Below, one piece after another: positions 7,524-18,505 of a stretch of DNA of 64,000 nucleotides. A model generated the notes under the pieces. It did no database searches and was not told where the DNA came from. It saw only the letters and a program-made list of their open reading frames with translations. The first letter of the stretch is position 1. The number at the start of each line of letters is the position of its first letter. Both the position numbers and the translations under genes were made by a program. The stretch comes from a virus (lineage: Duplodnaviria > Heunggongvirae > Uroviricota > Caudoviricetes). The DNA lies in the IMG/VR virus record IMGVR_UViG_3300031760_000006, positions 91,127-155,126 of that record, one strand, 5' to 3'.

Positions 7524-10500
7524 CCTTGTGTCCTTTCTTGCTGAATTACTAAATCTCTTCCATTAACTTCTTTGATTAAGTTTACTGTATGTTTGTAAAT
7601 TGTATCTTTATAAACCATTGGAATAAATTGGTCACCTCTACGAATACCTGCAATCATAATTAAATTTCCACGTTTTAACCAACTATCCTCTATTTTTTTC
7701 TTTTTGTCTGTTTCGGGGTCTACAACAGATATAATTTTGTTGTAAAAACTATAATGCCCCTTGTTGAATTTAACATTAACAGGCCCATATTTGGTCAATA
7801 AAGTAACCATAGAATGAAAGTTGTCTGCTTTAAGAACAGTTCCCGCAATACGAGAAATCTTATGTTTAGGAATCTGCTTTCTTTCTCCGTCTATCCAACG
7901 AGTATAATAATCATATGGTTCTGGCTCTTCAGGTAACTCAAAATAATTAACTACACCGTATTTTTCTTCGTTTATATGTTCTAACTCATGTTCTGAATCA
8001 TAATAACAGAGCGATTCCATTGACCAATGAGGAAGAGTTCCACTAGCATATTGATTCCATATTTGTGCATAAAGAGCGTCATTATATTTATCCAATGCCG
8101 TCTCCATCCATTCTTTAAAAGGAAGAAGTTCTTTATCAACAGCTTTTTTGAATTGCTTTTCTGATATGATATAAAAACCATTTTTAGCATCAACTACGCC
8201 AGCTTCTTCTTCATTTGGAAAAAACTTTTGAAAATATGGTTGTGAGGTACTATCTAGAATATAAAACCTGTCATGGTAACCTTTCTTCGGAATCTTTTTA
8301 CGTTTTGAATCAATGTAATTTTTATAAAAACCTTCATCATCTAAGATGTATTCTTTTAAGTTAAGTAAATCTAACAAAACATAATATTTTTCAGGTACGA
8401 TTCCTAACTCTTTCATTTTGTTTAATTGTGCCATTGTCAGCTTCTTACAAGGACGAAAAAGATATTTTCTAAGATACCAATCCATAGTTTCTGTTCTATC
8501 TTTAGAATGCAACTCTGTAAAACAGCCGCCTTTAATTAATTGAATCATTCTTGATGGTGAAACAATTTTTGTATCAATCATCCTTTTTGCAAAATCTTCA
8601 ATAGATTTATAAGGACGATTGGCTATAATTGTTTGCGTTAGTTCTGTGTTAATACCGTTAATACCTTTCAAACCAAAGATGATTCGATTATTCGGTATAT
8701 CAGGTTTAAAACCAAAATCTGCTTCATTAATCAAGGGCATTGTTACATTTACGGATTCTTTTTGAACAGAAGCTATAGCTACTCCCATCTTACCATAATC
8801 TGTAGAATCGTTTGATTCTTCATCAAGAGAACCTGAATCTACTACAAGATTGGCTGTCTGCCAATAAATAGGATTATATTTATAAGAAAGATTAAGTTCT
8901 TGCAAACCTACTATTGAATAAGCAAGTGTATGACTTGAATTAAAACCATATCCACGAGAAGTAGCGATTAATGTATTCCAAACATAATCACATAAATTTT
9001 TACTACATCCGTTTTCTTTTGTGACTTGGAAGAATTCTTTTGTCAATTGGTCATACTCTTTTGGATTCTTTTTAGCAATACTTTTTCTTAATCTGTCTGC
9101 CCAAGAAAGAGAAAAGCCACCACACTCAGGTAACTGAACCAATCTCATAAATTTTTCTTGTGTCTCGCAAATGCCATAAGAAGATTTTAAAATTGGTTCA
9201 AGAATTTTCTGTTCCTCTTTTGTTAATCCTGCGTCATCCATCTCTTGATACCATTCGTTGATATCGTTTTTAAATCTGGCAAATTTATTTAAGGGTGTTT
9301 CAGCACCTTTTTCTTGTGACATCAATCGAATAACAGAGTTAATAGTAGCTAAATCATCTACGGAATGCGGTTTTGCTAAAGCCAAAGCTTGTTTGCCACT
9401 TTCTTTTTCCATCTGAAACAGAGATAAAACTTTATGATTCCAAAGAAGTTTCCACATATCTTCATTATCACGTTCAAGAGTGTAAACCCCTATGTATTTT
9501 TCATATGTGTCTCTCAAACTCCCTTGCCATTTAATTACATTATCTTTTAATAAAAGCATTAAAGTTTCATAAATTTTATCTAAGGCATCAATACATAACA
9601 AATCAATTTTAATTAATGAAACATCTTCACAGCCATGTAAATCAAACTGGGTGATTACGTCACCTGCTTTGGTTCTCATTAAAGCGGTAGATTCAGTAAA
9701 CGGCTCATCAACTATAATTACTCCTCCAGCATGACTTCCCACATTGCTGACCAAACCTTCAATCTTTTGAGCAGCCTCCCATAAATCAGGATGTGCGTCC
9801 ATAGACCGCTTAAATTCGGGGGAAGGAGCATAATCTTCATTTCCGTAATACATTGTGGATAAAGAACGAGCAATTCCTCTGTCCGAAATAACCAAAGAAG
9901 CAATGTAAGAAGCAGTATTGTTATCTATACCAAGACCTCTCGCCGCAGTTAGAATTGCCGCTTTAGGTTTTTCTGTTGATAAAGTCATTACTTTACATAC
10001 CCTATCTTCACCATAAGTATCCTTTAAAGCTTGGATAACCTTATCTCTCATACAAGACATGATGTCTACATCAATATCCAAAACAGACACACGTTCAGGA
10101 TTCATAAATCTCCAAGGAAATGTTTGCGTTTTCTCTCTCATCGGATTAATTTGCGTTATATTAAGCATATTCAATAAACAGAACCCAACACCTGAACCTC
10201 GTCCGGGGTCTACTAAAGTTCCAGTTTTCCAAGCAATATCAACATAATCCGCAACTTGCATTAAATAAGCAGACCATCTTACTTTATTTTTTTCGGACGA
10301 TTGCTTAATATAATCTAAACATTCGTTTATTTTTTCAAAAGCCTGTTCCGTTCTGTAAAACGGGTCTTTATCCATTCTTTTAAGAATGTCACGAATCATA
10401 TGTCTGTCCGAATCATATTCTGAATGAAAGAAAAAATCTAATAACTCAACTTTGTCTTTATATTTCTGAAACAATCTTTTATCAGGTTCTTCTTTATTCA

Positions 10501-11434
10501 AAGGAATATAAGGAATATGTAACGGCTTAGTCAGTTCATAATCTTCAACCATATTATAAATCAATATGGTATTATTGATTCCCTTCTGAACCGCTTCTTC
10601 CCCTAAATACTCATCCATATATGAATGAATCTCTTCTTCAGACATCACATAAGTTGTTGCATAAAATTCATCAACTTCTCTATCTCCGTCTTGAGAATTG
10701 AGATAAGTTCTATGAATATCTCTGTCTTCTTTTTTTAGATAGTGAGCATCAGTAGTAATAATATATGGTGTATTTGTTACTTCTGATAACTCAACGAGTT
10801 TTAAATTAACGTAAATCTGCTCGAGCTGTTCAGATGGTTGCATTTCTAAAAAGAAATATCCTTCTCCAAACCATTCGTTCATAGTATCAATCCAAGTGAT
10901 AATACTGTTCCAAACATCTTCTGTTGCATGGTCTTTGTATTCCAGTAATCTCCTCGGAATAGCCCCACCCAAACAAGCGGTACTTCCTACTATATGCCCT
11001 TTGTATTTTTGAAGCATTTCAGCCAAATCACTATAATAAGTAGGAACTCTATACATCACATGCATAAAAGCATTATCAACCCAAGCTTTAGAACTCAACT
11101 CCCTTATTCCTTTATGTCCTTCAGCATCAAGAGCAATAAGAATGAAATGCGGATAATAATTATTGCCAATATTATCCGCAGTTACATTCTCAGGACATAA
11201 ATAAATTTCATTACCTAAAGCAACTTTAAAACCTTCCCAGCCATTTTTATGTTTAATGGAGTTATAATACTTTAACGCATTAAGATGAGAAGTAATAGAT
11301 TCGTGTTCTGTTATTACTATCCCCTTATGTCCCAATTCATGAGAATATTCTATTAAATCGGGAACTTTATTAATGGAATCTCTTAATCTTAAATTGGAGC
11401 CTTCATCAGTATGATTATGACAACCAAAAAACAT
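7520..11434 (-). CDS. DNA polymerase III alpha-like (DnaE-family, C-family) replicative polymerase with N-terminal PHP domain
   Basis: 1304 aa. The N-terminus FFGCHNHTDEGSNLRLRDS is a PHP HxH motif. The size and architecture fit a polIII alpha catalytic subunit. Confidence 0.65.
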   Translation of the reverse strand: MFFGCHNHTDEGSNLRLRDSINKVPDLIEYSHELGHKGIVITEHESITSHLNALKYYNSIKHKNGWEGFKVALGNEIYLCPENVTADNIGNNYYPHFILIALDAEGHKGIRELSSKAWVDNAFMHVMYRVPTYYSDLAEMLQKYKGHIVGSTACLGGAIPRRLLEYKDHATEDVWNSIITWIDTMNEWFGEGYFFLEMQPSEQLEQIYVNLKLVELSEVTNTPYIITTDAHYLKKEDRDIHRTYLNSQDGDREVDEFYATTYVMSEEEIHSYMDEYLGEEAVQKGINNTILIYNMVEDYELTKPLHIPYIPLNKEEPDKRLFQKYKDKVELLDFFFHSEYDSDRHMIRDILKRMDKDPFYRTEQAFEKINECLDYIKQSSEKNKVRWSAYLMQVADYVDIAWKTGTLVDPGRGSGVGFCLLNMLNITQINPMREKTQTFPWRFMNPERVSVLDIDVDIMSCMRDKVIQALKDTYGEDRVCKVMTLSTEKPKAAILTAARGLGIDNNTASYIASLVISDRGIARSLSTMYYGNEDYAPSPEFKRSMDAHPDLWEAAQKIEGLVSNVGSHAGGVIIVDEPFTESTALMRTKAGDVITQFDLHGCEDVSLIKIDLLCIDALDKIYETLMLLLKDNVIKWQGSLRDTYEKYIGVYTLERDNEDMWKLLWNHKVLSLFQMEKESGKQALALAKPHSVDDLATINSVIRLMSQEKGAETPLNKFARFKNDINEWYQEMDDAGLTKEEQKILEPILKSSYGICETQEKFMRLVQLPECGGFSLSWADRLRKSIAKKNPKEYDQLTKEFFQVTKENGCSKNLCDYVWNTLIATSRGYGFNSSHTLAYSIVGLQELNLSYKYNPIYWQTANLVVDSGSLDEESNDSTDYGKMGVAIASVQKESVNVTMPLINEADFGFKPDIPNNRIIFGLKGINGINTELTQTIIANRPYKSIEDFAKRMIDTKIVSPSRMIQLIKGGCFTELHSKDRTETMDWYLRKYLFRPCKKLTMAQLNKMKELGIVPEKYYVLLDLLNLKEYILDDEGFYKNYIDSKRKKIPKKGYHDRFYILDSTSQPYFQKFFPNEEEAGVVDAKNGFYIISEKQFKKAVDKELLPFKEWMETALDKYNDALYAQIWNQYASGTLPHWSMESLCYYDSEHELEHINEEKYGVVNYFELPEEPEPYDYYTRWIDGERKQIPKHKISRIAGTVLKADNFHSMVTLLTKYGPVNVKFNKGHYSFYNKIISVVDPETDKKKKIEDSWLKRGNLIMIAGIRRGDQFIPMVYKDTIYKHTVNLIKEVNGRDLVIQQERTQG

Positions 11435-11446
11435 TTTTCACCTCGT

Positions 11447-12463
11447 TTAAAAGACCAACTTTCGTTTTGTTTTGTTCGCTTTATCTTTCTTCTTTGTTTC
11501 GACCTCTATTATACCACAATTATTTAATTTAATCAACCTTTTTTCTTTTTCAGCGTCAGCGTTAAATATCTTATTCGTTTTAAAAGTTTTATTTGTCGGT
11601 GTCCAGAGCGAATAATAATCACATTCATGCTTATATGTAGTGGCATTTGGATTAGTAGCACTAAAATTGCACCAGTGACATAAAGGACACGGTTTAGGAT
11701 TCCAAACTCCTTCTTTTTCCATCAAATCAATAGAGTCAAGTATCTTTTCAATTGCTTTTATCAATCGTTTTTCCCAACCTCTGGTTAAAGCATATTGGTG
11801 TTCATCAATCAAAATAAATCGGTACATACTCTCAACAGGTAACGTACCAAACTCATTTAAAATCGCCAAACAATATATTCCAAACTGAAGTGAAGTACTC
11901 AACTTTGATTGGTCATAAACTTTTTTTGATGTTTTGTAATCAATTACTTTAAAGTCGTTTTCTCGTTTATCTACCCGGTCTATAAATCCATGAATAATAC
12001 ACCTGTTGTTCCACACAAATTCAAAACTATGCTCAAATAAAAACGGTGTCCAATTATCTGTCTCCATCTCCGTATGAACAACATCATCAAAAATTTTCAT
12101 TTTTTGGTCATAGTTCATACCTGATGCATTGTCTTTGGCGTACCATTCTTCCCAGTATTTCTTTTTTAGTTCTTTTGTTCCTAATAAACCATCAGCACCG
12201 TAGATTTCTATGTTCTTTAAAAAATCATAATCTACTTCATCTTGTAACATCTTGCCTTTCATTTCCAATACATAATGACATAACGAACCAAGTTCCAGAG
12301 CAATACTTGTATCATTCGTTCTCATTTTCCCATTGTATTTTTTATCATATTGAAAAGGACAAGTCTTAAACACTTCCATCTTACTGTATGAAAATGTAGG
12401 TAATATCTTTTTATCTTCTTTTGTTACTTTTCTAATATATGGTTTTAAAATTTCTTCATTCAT
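11447..12463 (-). CDS. PD-(D/E)XK exonuclease with C-terminal Cys cluster (Cas4/RecB-nuclease-like)
   Basis: 338 aa. A Cys near the N-terminus (TCPFQY) plus CPLCHWCNF...C fit a Cas4-like Fe-S nuclease. Confidence 0.5.
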   Translation of the reverse strand: MNEEILKPYIRKVTKEDKKILPTFSYSKMEVFKTCPFQYDKKYNGKMRTNDTSIALELGSLCHYVLEMKGKMLQDEVDYDFLKNIEIYGADGLLGTKELKKKYWEEWYAKDNASGMNYDQKMKIFDDVVHTEMETDNWTPFLFEHSFEFVWNNRCIIHGFIDRVDKRENDFKVIDYKTSKKVYDQSKLSTSLQFGIYCLAILNEFGTLPVESMYRFILIDEHQYALTRGWEKRLIKAIEKILDSIDLMEKEGVWNPKPCPLCHWCNFSATNPNATTYKHECDYYSLWTPTNKTFKTNKIFNADAEKEKRLIKLNNCGIIEVETKKKDKANKTKRKLVF

Positions 12464-12754
12464 CTAATAAGCCTCCAGTGGGTACATAATAATTGGATAA
12501 CCCGATCCGTATCTAAAAGATGAATTATAAGAAATAAAATCAGCGGCCTCTTCATATGTCATATTTTCGAAATCTACCAAATATTCGACCATTTTTTCAT
12601 AATCATAAACTGCTTCATTATCTATAGTAACGCCAATTAAAGCGGTATCATAAGATGGGTCACTGAAAATTATTACATCTTCAAATCCAGCATCAATAAT
12701 AATATCACTAGCTTTAACAGGCTGATTGATTAAGTTTTTCTTTTCATCGGTCAA
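12464..12754 (-). CDS. hypothetical protein
   Basis: 96-aa ORF, tightly packed between the nuclease and the primase. Confidence 0.35.
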   Translation of the reverse strand: MTDEKKNLINQPVKASDIIIDAGFEDVIIFSDPSYDTALIGVTIDNEAVYDYEKMVEYLVDFENMTYEEAADFISYNSSFRYGSGYPIIMYPLEAY

Positions 12755-13923
12755 CTAGTTTCATCCTCTCTGTAAAATTTCTCTATAATATCATCCATCG
12801 TAATGGTTATCTTATTTTCTAGTAACTCAAGTAACACTTCTTTCCCCTTATCCGTTGGAGAATCTTTATACTCTAACTTATTTTCGGTATCTAAAACCAA
12901 ACTAATTTTAAATTGCAAAACATATGGCTCAATTTTCTTTAAGAGTTTTTGATAATACGCTTCTGCCTCAAACGAATGCGGGTCATGATACTCTTTATCA
13001 AAAGCAATAATTATCTCTCCCACTTCTAATTTTTGTAATATTTTTATTTGTGTTTTTGTAATATTACTTCCGCAACAAGCCACGACAAAAGAATCTTCGC
13101 CAAAATAAGAATAAGCTTGTAAGCAGCTTTTTTCGCCTTCTACAAGCATTACTTTTCTCATTTTTCGTACATTCTCTTGGACTACATTTAATCCATAAAG
13201 ATTATTTCCCAAAGCATGAGATAATGTCTTACCCTGAATTACTGCGGGAACATATTTGCCTATTGTTTCTATGTCTTTCTTATCTAAATATCTTAATCGC
13301 AATCCTATTAACCTATCATTAATATCATAATGGGGAATAGTGATTGCGTCATGTTCGCCCCAATAACCGATTCCAAATCTTCCAAGTGCTTCTCTTGAAA
13401 TATTATCATTCAACCATATTTCGTGAGGACGATAATCAAATATCTCTAATACGTTTGGATTAATTTCACTTAATACTGGAACAGGATATTCTTTTTTATT
13501 TAAATATTTAGAAATATTTTTTATCCAAGTAACATCTGATTCTTCAGTTTCATCAATAATAGTTTTGTCACCTTTAATCAAATGCCCGGTCATTTGGGCT
13601 ATTTGATAAAGAGCTTTATACCAAGTCATTACTTTTCCTTGCACTCTTTTTGCCCTAATGTACAGTTCTATTATTCCAAAACTTTCAGAACAACCTGAAT
13701 AACAATGAAAGGTTCTTCCTTTGTAACCTTTTAATTCGTTTGGTTCGTGATAATAATATAATTTGTAACTATTATTTTCATCAGGAAGATTGTGACAGAT
13801 AGTTTGAAAAATCATATTCCCTTCTCTATCTGTCTTTGGTTCTCCTGACCCCAATGACATCACTATTTTTTTTATGTCCTCTTTTGTTAAAGAATCTAAT
13901 ATTGCTTTTTTATTTAAATACAT
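12751..13923 (-). CDS. DNA primase (DnaG-like: CHC2 zinc finger plus TOPRIM)
   Basis: The ICHNLPDE...FHCYSGC segment is a zinc-finger-like motif. LVEGEKSCLQ...VVACCGSN fits a TOPRIM domain. Confidence 0.55.
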   Translation of the reverse strand: MYLNKKAILDSLTKEDIKKIVMSLGSGEPKTDREGNMIFQTICHNLPDENNSYKLYYYHEPNELKGYKGRTFHCYSGCSESFGIIELYIRAKRVQGKVMTWYKALYQIAQMTGHLIKGDKTIIDETEESDVTWIKNISKYLNKKEYPVPVLSEINPNVLEIFDYRPHEIWLNDNISREALGRFGIGYWGEHDAITIPHYDINDRLIGLRLRYLDKKDIETIGKYVPAVIQGKTLSHALGNNLYGLNVVQENVRKMRKVMLVEGEKSCLQAYSYFGEDSFVVACCGSNITKTQIKILQKLEVGEIIIAFDKEYHDPHSFEAEAYYQKLLKKIEPYVLQFKISLVLDTENKLEYKDSPTDKGKEVLLELLENKITITMDDIIEKFYREDETS

Positions 13924-13936
13924 GATGTCACCGCCT

Positions 13937-15634
13937 CTAGAATATAAATTTACTTGGTTTATTATTTGGTTTTATATTTTCTTCTATATCTATTTCTTCT
14001 TTTATATCTTCGTTTACTTTCTTATCTTCTGTTTCATTCTCTTCTTGAGACGTATCTATTTTTTTATCTGCTGTAGTGATTGGTACTGAATATTCCTGTA
14101 CTAATTTTTTGACAGCGGTTGCCTTAGTAATATCTATGTTAATGACATGAGTTATATCATAGTCAGTAATAAACAATGGCTTCTCAGTCATAGTACCTAA
14201 ATCAACTTTACTCCAAATAATAATTCGAGTATACTTACCTCTTCTTACTTTATAAATCCAGTAAGCCATATTCGGAGTCTCCATTCCAATAAATTTTTGT
14301 CTTATTGGTTGAAGTTTTTTTAATTCGCTTGGGCTAGGTTCTACAGTAATTGCTCCAACATCCAATTTATTAGCTAAAGCTTTGCTACCTTGTAAAAGAT
14401 TTGCATCTTTATGTGTTGAAGCAATTGTTTCTGAATTAACTTGAGAAGCAGTTAAAATAAACACATTTAATTTTTCAGCAATAGCTTTAAGTTCCGTTGC
14501 AAAAACTAAAAGCATCTGGTATTCTTTTAAGCCGCCACCTGACTTATTATTTATTTCAGACATCAATCTTAATGAACTATGAATATAATCAAAGATAAAA
14601 TACTGCACACCATATTGACGATTATATTTCTTTATAATATTAGTAATATCTGTGATACTAAAATCAGGAATGTGTTCTATAAACAAAGGACTATCTTCAA
14701 TATATCCAATAGATTTAACAACTCTTTCTTTTTCTTCTTTTGTAAGAGTACCGTTCAAAATTGATGCTTCATTTACTTTACTTACCGCAGACATAAATAA
14801 AGTCTGAATTTCATCAGGCGGCATTTCTGTTGTGATATATAACGTAGGTTCGGAAAAGCCTGTGTAAATATAATCGTTTTCATCATCTGACCAAACATAT
14901 GGAACAGCCATTGTACAAGCATCACCTGCGGCTAGTCTTGATTTACCATAACCAGATGGAGCAGAACGCATATATAATTTTCCTAATCTCGCACCTCTTA
15001 CAATCGAATTAAAAAATTCGTTATTCAATGGTAATCCAATATCAGGCTCTTCCTCAAAAGAATCAAGCAACTCTAACATACCTTCCCCAGCTTGAATACC
15101 AACACTCAACGTATTTGTGCAATATCTCATATTGGGAGTAATAACCATTTTGCTTTCAACCCGTTCTACAATTTCTTGCAAACTCATTTCATCAAAAGCA
15201 AATTTCTCTTCGGGATGCATTGTTACTTTTTGTGGGTCATAGATACAACGAGTATCAAAACCTTCTTTTTCATAATACCGAAGCAATCCTAACTTACGCA
15301 ACGAACGATAATATGTAGGATAGTTCTCCACCTTTACCGCTTGAGAAAGAGATAATAAGATTCCTAATCCAGTTGCTTTGGTAAAAACTGCATACTGTTC
15401 AGGAAAAGCAGATAAATATCCATCTACTGCTACGGCATCAATATTTTCAGCACCTTGATTCCACAGGTTAAAGATTGCCGCATAGGACATTTTATAAAAA
15501 GAATCTGTTTCAAAATCATCTTCTGAAAGCGGATAATCTACGTTATCTATTAAAGAGTTATCCGCTAATAAACATCCAAGAACTTGTCCCATCAGAGCAG
15601 TGTCTGATAGTCCTTTCAATTCTGCTACGTTCAT
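13937..15634 (-). CDS. DnaB-like replicative DNA helicase
   Basis: The N-terminus (VLGCLLADNSLID) resembles DnaB. Walker A motif SAPSGYGKS. FILTASQVNSE resembles the DnaB C-terminal motif. Confidence 0.6.
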   Translation of the reverse strand: MNVAELKGLSDTALMGQVLGCLLADNSLIDNVDYPLSEDDFETDSFYKMSYAAIFNLWNQGAENIDAVAVDGYLSAFPEQYAVFTKATGLGILLSLSQAVKVENYPTYYRSLRKLGLLRYYEKEGFDTRCIYDPQKVTMHPEEKFAFDEMSLQEIVERVESKMVITPNMRYCTNTLSVGIQAGEGMLELLDSFEEEPDIGLPLNNEFFNSIVRGARLGKLYMRSAPSGYGKSRLAAGDACTMAVPYVWSDDENDYIYTGFSEPTLYITTEMPPDEIQTLFMSAVSKVNEASILNGTLTKEEKERVVKSIGYIEDSPLFIEHIPDFSITDITNIIKKYNRQYGVQYFIFDYIHSSLRLMSEINNKSGGGLKEYQMLLVFATELKAIAEKLNVFILTASQVNSETIASTHKDANLLQGSKALANKLDVGAITVEPSPSELKKLQPIRQKFIGMETPNMAYWIYKVRRGKYTRIIIWSKVDLGTMTEKPLFITDYDITHVINIDITKATAVKKLVQEYSVPITTADKKIDTSQEENETEDKKVNEDIKEEIDIEENIKPNNKPSKFIF

Positions 15635-16242
15635 TCTCCCTCCTTAATAGATGAAATATCAATCTTTTTACATTTTCTTTTTCTTCTTTTGGGGTTTATT
15701 GTAACAGTTCGAGATTGATATAATTGTGAAGTATCTATTGATTCCATTTCTTTTTCGATGCTTTCAATACTATTAAAGTATCTTTCGGTTTCCGAATAAT
15801 AATATGGAATCAAACCTATTACATTATCAGTTAAAACCTTCTGTAAAATTTCATTTAAGTAAATTAATGTGTTATGCATTTTCTTATATGTAAATTCATA
15901 TTTTCTGATATAGTCTTCCGTTAACGCATACATTTTTACAGGTAAGTTATCTTCATTAAGTATTGTTCTAATGTAATTGTAATAGGCTTTTTTCTCTTGA
16001 TATTCTTGTTCTGATAATGCTTTTTTTGGTTCTCGTCTTTCGGGCTTTGGTATCTTTTGTTTTTCTTTTTTCTTTTTTGCTTCTTTTTCTTTTTTCTTTT
16101 CTGAATTCATTTGCTTTGTGACATTAACCGCAATATCAAAACATTTTCTATGATAAGTTCGTCCTTTATATTCTATTGAGGGAGCGTCTCTTTCGATTCG
16201 CTCCCCACAATATGGACATTTCTTTAAAGCACCTCTAGCCAA
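15631..16242 (-). CDS. hypothetical protein with N-terminal zinc ribbon (KKCPYCGERI) and a Lys/Glu-rich basic central region
   Basis: 203 aa. The sequence AT[AAAGAA]n low complexity encodes a KKKEKEAKKKKEKQK segment. Confidence 0.35.
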   Translation of the reverse strand: MARGALKKCPYCGERIERDAPSIEYKGRTYHRKCFDIAVNVTKQMNSEKKKEKEAKKKKEKQKIPKPERREPKKALSEQEYQEKKAYYNYIRTILNEDNLPVKMYALTEDYIRKYEFTYKKMHNTLIYLNEILQKVLTDNVIGLIPYYYSETERYFNSIESIEKEMESIDTSQLYQSRTVTINPKRRKRKCKKIDISSIKEGE

Positions 16243-16272
16243 TTATCTCAGCTCCTATAATGCTCATTATTC

Positions 16273-17271
16273 TTAAAGTCCTAATTCAGCTACCTTATCC
16301 TTAAGATTGTCAAGAATAATAACCATCGCATCTAACTGTCGTTTTGTACACTCGGTTACCTTACGTCCCGGCCCAAGAGTATCTTCAACGATTTCTGTTA
16401 ACTCCTCCATATGGTCTGCTTCAGCCATTTTCTGACCGTAAACCATTAATTCTTCCATAACTTTGTCATAATCATATTTCTCTGTAGTATTCTGTGCTTT
16501 CTGTTCCTGATAAGAGATTGCTTCTACACCAGTTTTATCCACTAAACCCTGAATACCAACATTGATAGCATCTTCTAAAGCAGCGGCTGACCACTCAGGA
16601 AGATAAGTCGGGGTTGTATCAAAACGAGAACGTGCAAAGTATCTGTCGGTTTCTGCTAAATAAGCTGAAGAAGGAATTACCTTGCCATCTTCATCAACAC
16701 CATTAGACTCAACATAAATTACATAATCAACCCAATCAATAATAGGATTAATAGACCTTTTATCTCCCTTGGGGGTAATCTTTCCATCCTTTTCCTGTGC
16801 ATGAGCAATGAATACTACCGTATAATCACAAGAAAGAAGAGTGTTAACAAGCTTAAAAAATTCCTTTTCATAAGCCTGATAAAGATTTACCTTACCGCCT
16901 TCAACGGTATCACCAAGAGTTAACGCACCCTGTCCAATTACATTCTGAATGTACTCCTGACATAAAAGAGCGGTTGCATAAACCTCATCAATAATGATAG
17001 TATCGTACATTTCTCTTGCCTTTTTTACTGTCGCAGGACTAGTAAACTGCTTAACGATTTTCTTAATATCACTCCATGAATTAACACGAATATAGGAAAC
17101 ACCTACAGTCGCATTAAGACCACTCTCTGAAGCAATAACAAAAGGCTTTGACATCTTAACTGCCTGAGATGTCTTGCCCACGGAGTTACCCCCGTAGACA
17201 AGAATTGATTTACCAGTTAAACCGCTTGAAACTTTACTAATCTGTGGATTAAAAATATCTACAATTGCCAT
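16273..17271 (-). CDS. RecA-like/AAA ATPase of the replication-recombination module (Sak4-like)
   Basis: Walker A motif VYGGNSVGKTSQ. Sits between the helicase and the SSB-like gene. Confidence 0.45.
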   Translation of the reverse strand: MAIVDIFNPQISKVSSGLTGKSILVYGGNSVGKTSQAVKMSKPFVIASESGLNATVGVSYIRVNSWSDIKKIVKQFTSPATVKKAREMYDTIIIDEVYATALLCQEYIQNVIGQGALTLGDTVEGGKVNLYQAYEKEFFKLVNTLLSCDYTVVFIAHAQEKDGKITPKGDKRSINPIIDWVDYVIYVESNGVDEDGKVIPSSAYLAETDRYFARSRFDTTPTYLPEWSAAALEDAINVGIQGLVDKTGVEAISYQEQKAQNTTEKYDYDKVMEELMVYGQKMAEADHMEELTEIVEDTLGPGRKVTECTKRQLDAMVIILDNLKDKVAELGL

Positions 17272-17350
17272 AATTACTCCTTTTATATTATTTAATTTGC
17301 TTTGCCTTACTTTAATTTAGTTTGTTATTAATACTGTTTTATACTTTTAT

Positions 17351-18241
17351 TTAAAATCCAGCACTCATTGTGAGCTTTCTACCACGAGAAGCGGCACTAG
17401 GCTTAGAAGAAGCTCCAACATTACCTGAAGCCTTTTCAGCATCGATTTTATTCTGTCTTTCCTGAATAGCGGCATTGATAACTGCGGGGTCGTATGGTGC
17501 TTTTTCGGTAATACCTTCAGCATAAGCTTCGCTTGCACCAGTAATAACCAATTCATTCTTAAAACTAACTGTCTTTTCAATTTTGGGCTTACCAATTGCA
17601 ACCGGGATTTCCTTGGTAACTTCAACACGATTATTAACTACATCTCCATAAAAGCAGACTGTCTGCTGTGGAGCAAATACACTGGATACTGCATCAGCGA
17701 TATTATCATCTTCAGGAGCGACCAATTCAATCGGCTCAATTCCATTAAATGTAGGTAACCAACCTTTAACAATTACCCTTCCTGTCTCCATTCCTTCCTT
17801 GTCTACCTCGGGACGAATTCCAGAAATAAACAATTCAATAGAAAACTCGGCTCTTGGATTTGCGTTCTCACGATTATTAATTCTGTTGAAGAAATTGGAG
17901 CGGTATCCAACAAACTCTCCACCATTTCTACCACGGTAGGGATTAACATCTCCTGTTACTCTAATGTAATCTGCCTCTTCTGCCCCAACATCTGCAATTG
18001 ACTTGTATTCATTCATCACTGTAACCAATCCAGCATAAGCCTTATTTTCAGTTCCACGATTTGTCTTCTCTTTACAGATTACAGAAAAGCGAACAAAATT
18101 ATCTTCGCTTGTTTTTACTGTAAGAGACCCTCTGATAGAATTAATTCCATCATCACCTCTAACGATATTCAAGTCTTTTTCACTTACATATCCTTCTACT
18201 ACTACTTTTGCATCTGCCTGTCTTAAATTTGTATCTGCCAT
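17351..18241 (-). CDS. putative single-stranded DNA-binding protein (OB-fold)
   Basis: 296 aa. Placed next to the ATPase in the replication module. No canonical acidic DDIPF tail, so the call is weak. Confidence 0.25.
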   Translation of the reverse strand: MADTNLRQADAKVVVEGYVSEKDLNIVRGDDGINSIRGSLTVKTSEDNFVRFSVICKEKTNRGTENKAYAGLVTVMNEYKSIADVGAEEADYIRVTGDVNPYRGRNGGEFVGYRSNFFNRINNRENANPRAEFSIELFISGIRPEVDKEGMETGRVIVKGWLPTFNGIEPIELVAPEDDNIADAVSSVFAPQQTVCFYGDVVNNRVEVTKEIPVAIGKPKIEKTVSFKNELVITGASEAYAEGITEKAPYDPAVINAAIQERQNKIDAEKASGNVGASSKPSAASRGRKLTMSAGF

Positions 18242-18258
18242 ATTTGTTCTCCTTTTAA

Positions 18259-18474
18259 TTAATAAGAATAAAACCTTGTATCGTTATTTATATCTAAGCC
18301 TTCATCATAATAATATTGGACGACAACTGGACAATTACATTCTTTACATTTTACTAGCTTCGTGCTATAACCGTATCCTTTTTCATCCCAATAAATATCA
18401 TTATAATTAAAGCTAAATACCTGTTTACATTTCTTGCATTTAATCTTGTAATTCTGCATATCTTCTGTTCCCAT
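18259..18474 (-). CDS. small zinc-ribbon protein
   Basis: 71 aa. Contains CKKCKQ...CKECNC. Confidence 0.35.
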   Translation of the reverse strand: MGTEDMQNYKIKCKKCKQVFSFNYNDIYWDEKGYGYSTKLVKCKECNCPVVVQYYYDEGLDINNDTRFYSY

Positions 18475-18505
18475 GACTTCCTCCTTTTAGGGAAGGCATA
18501 AGAGG

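Noticed and set aside
6967-8193. Plus-strand ORF 6967..7245 and minus-strand ORF 7981..8193, both nested in the helicase or polymerase genes.
   Set aside because: They lie inside long well-supported genes on the opposite strand or in another frame, and are low-complexity, Leu/Ile/Phe-rich. The same holds for 9718..9903, 10059..10247, 10994..11200, 12046..12369, 14579..14764, 15092..15292, 17365..17628, 20022..20429, 32218..32520, 32750..33061, 34752..35513, 35176..35367, 37450..37995, 45630..45860, 48740..49316, 53477..53692 and 53949..54464.
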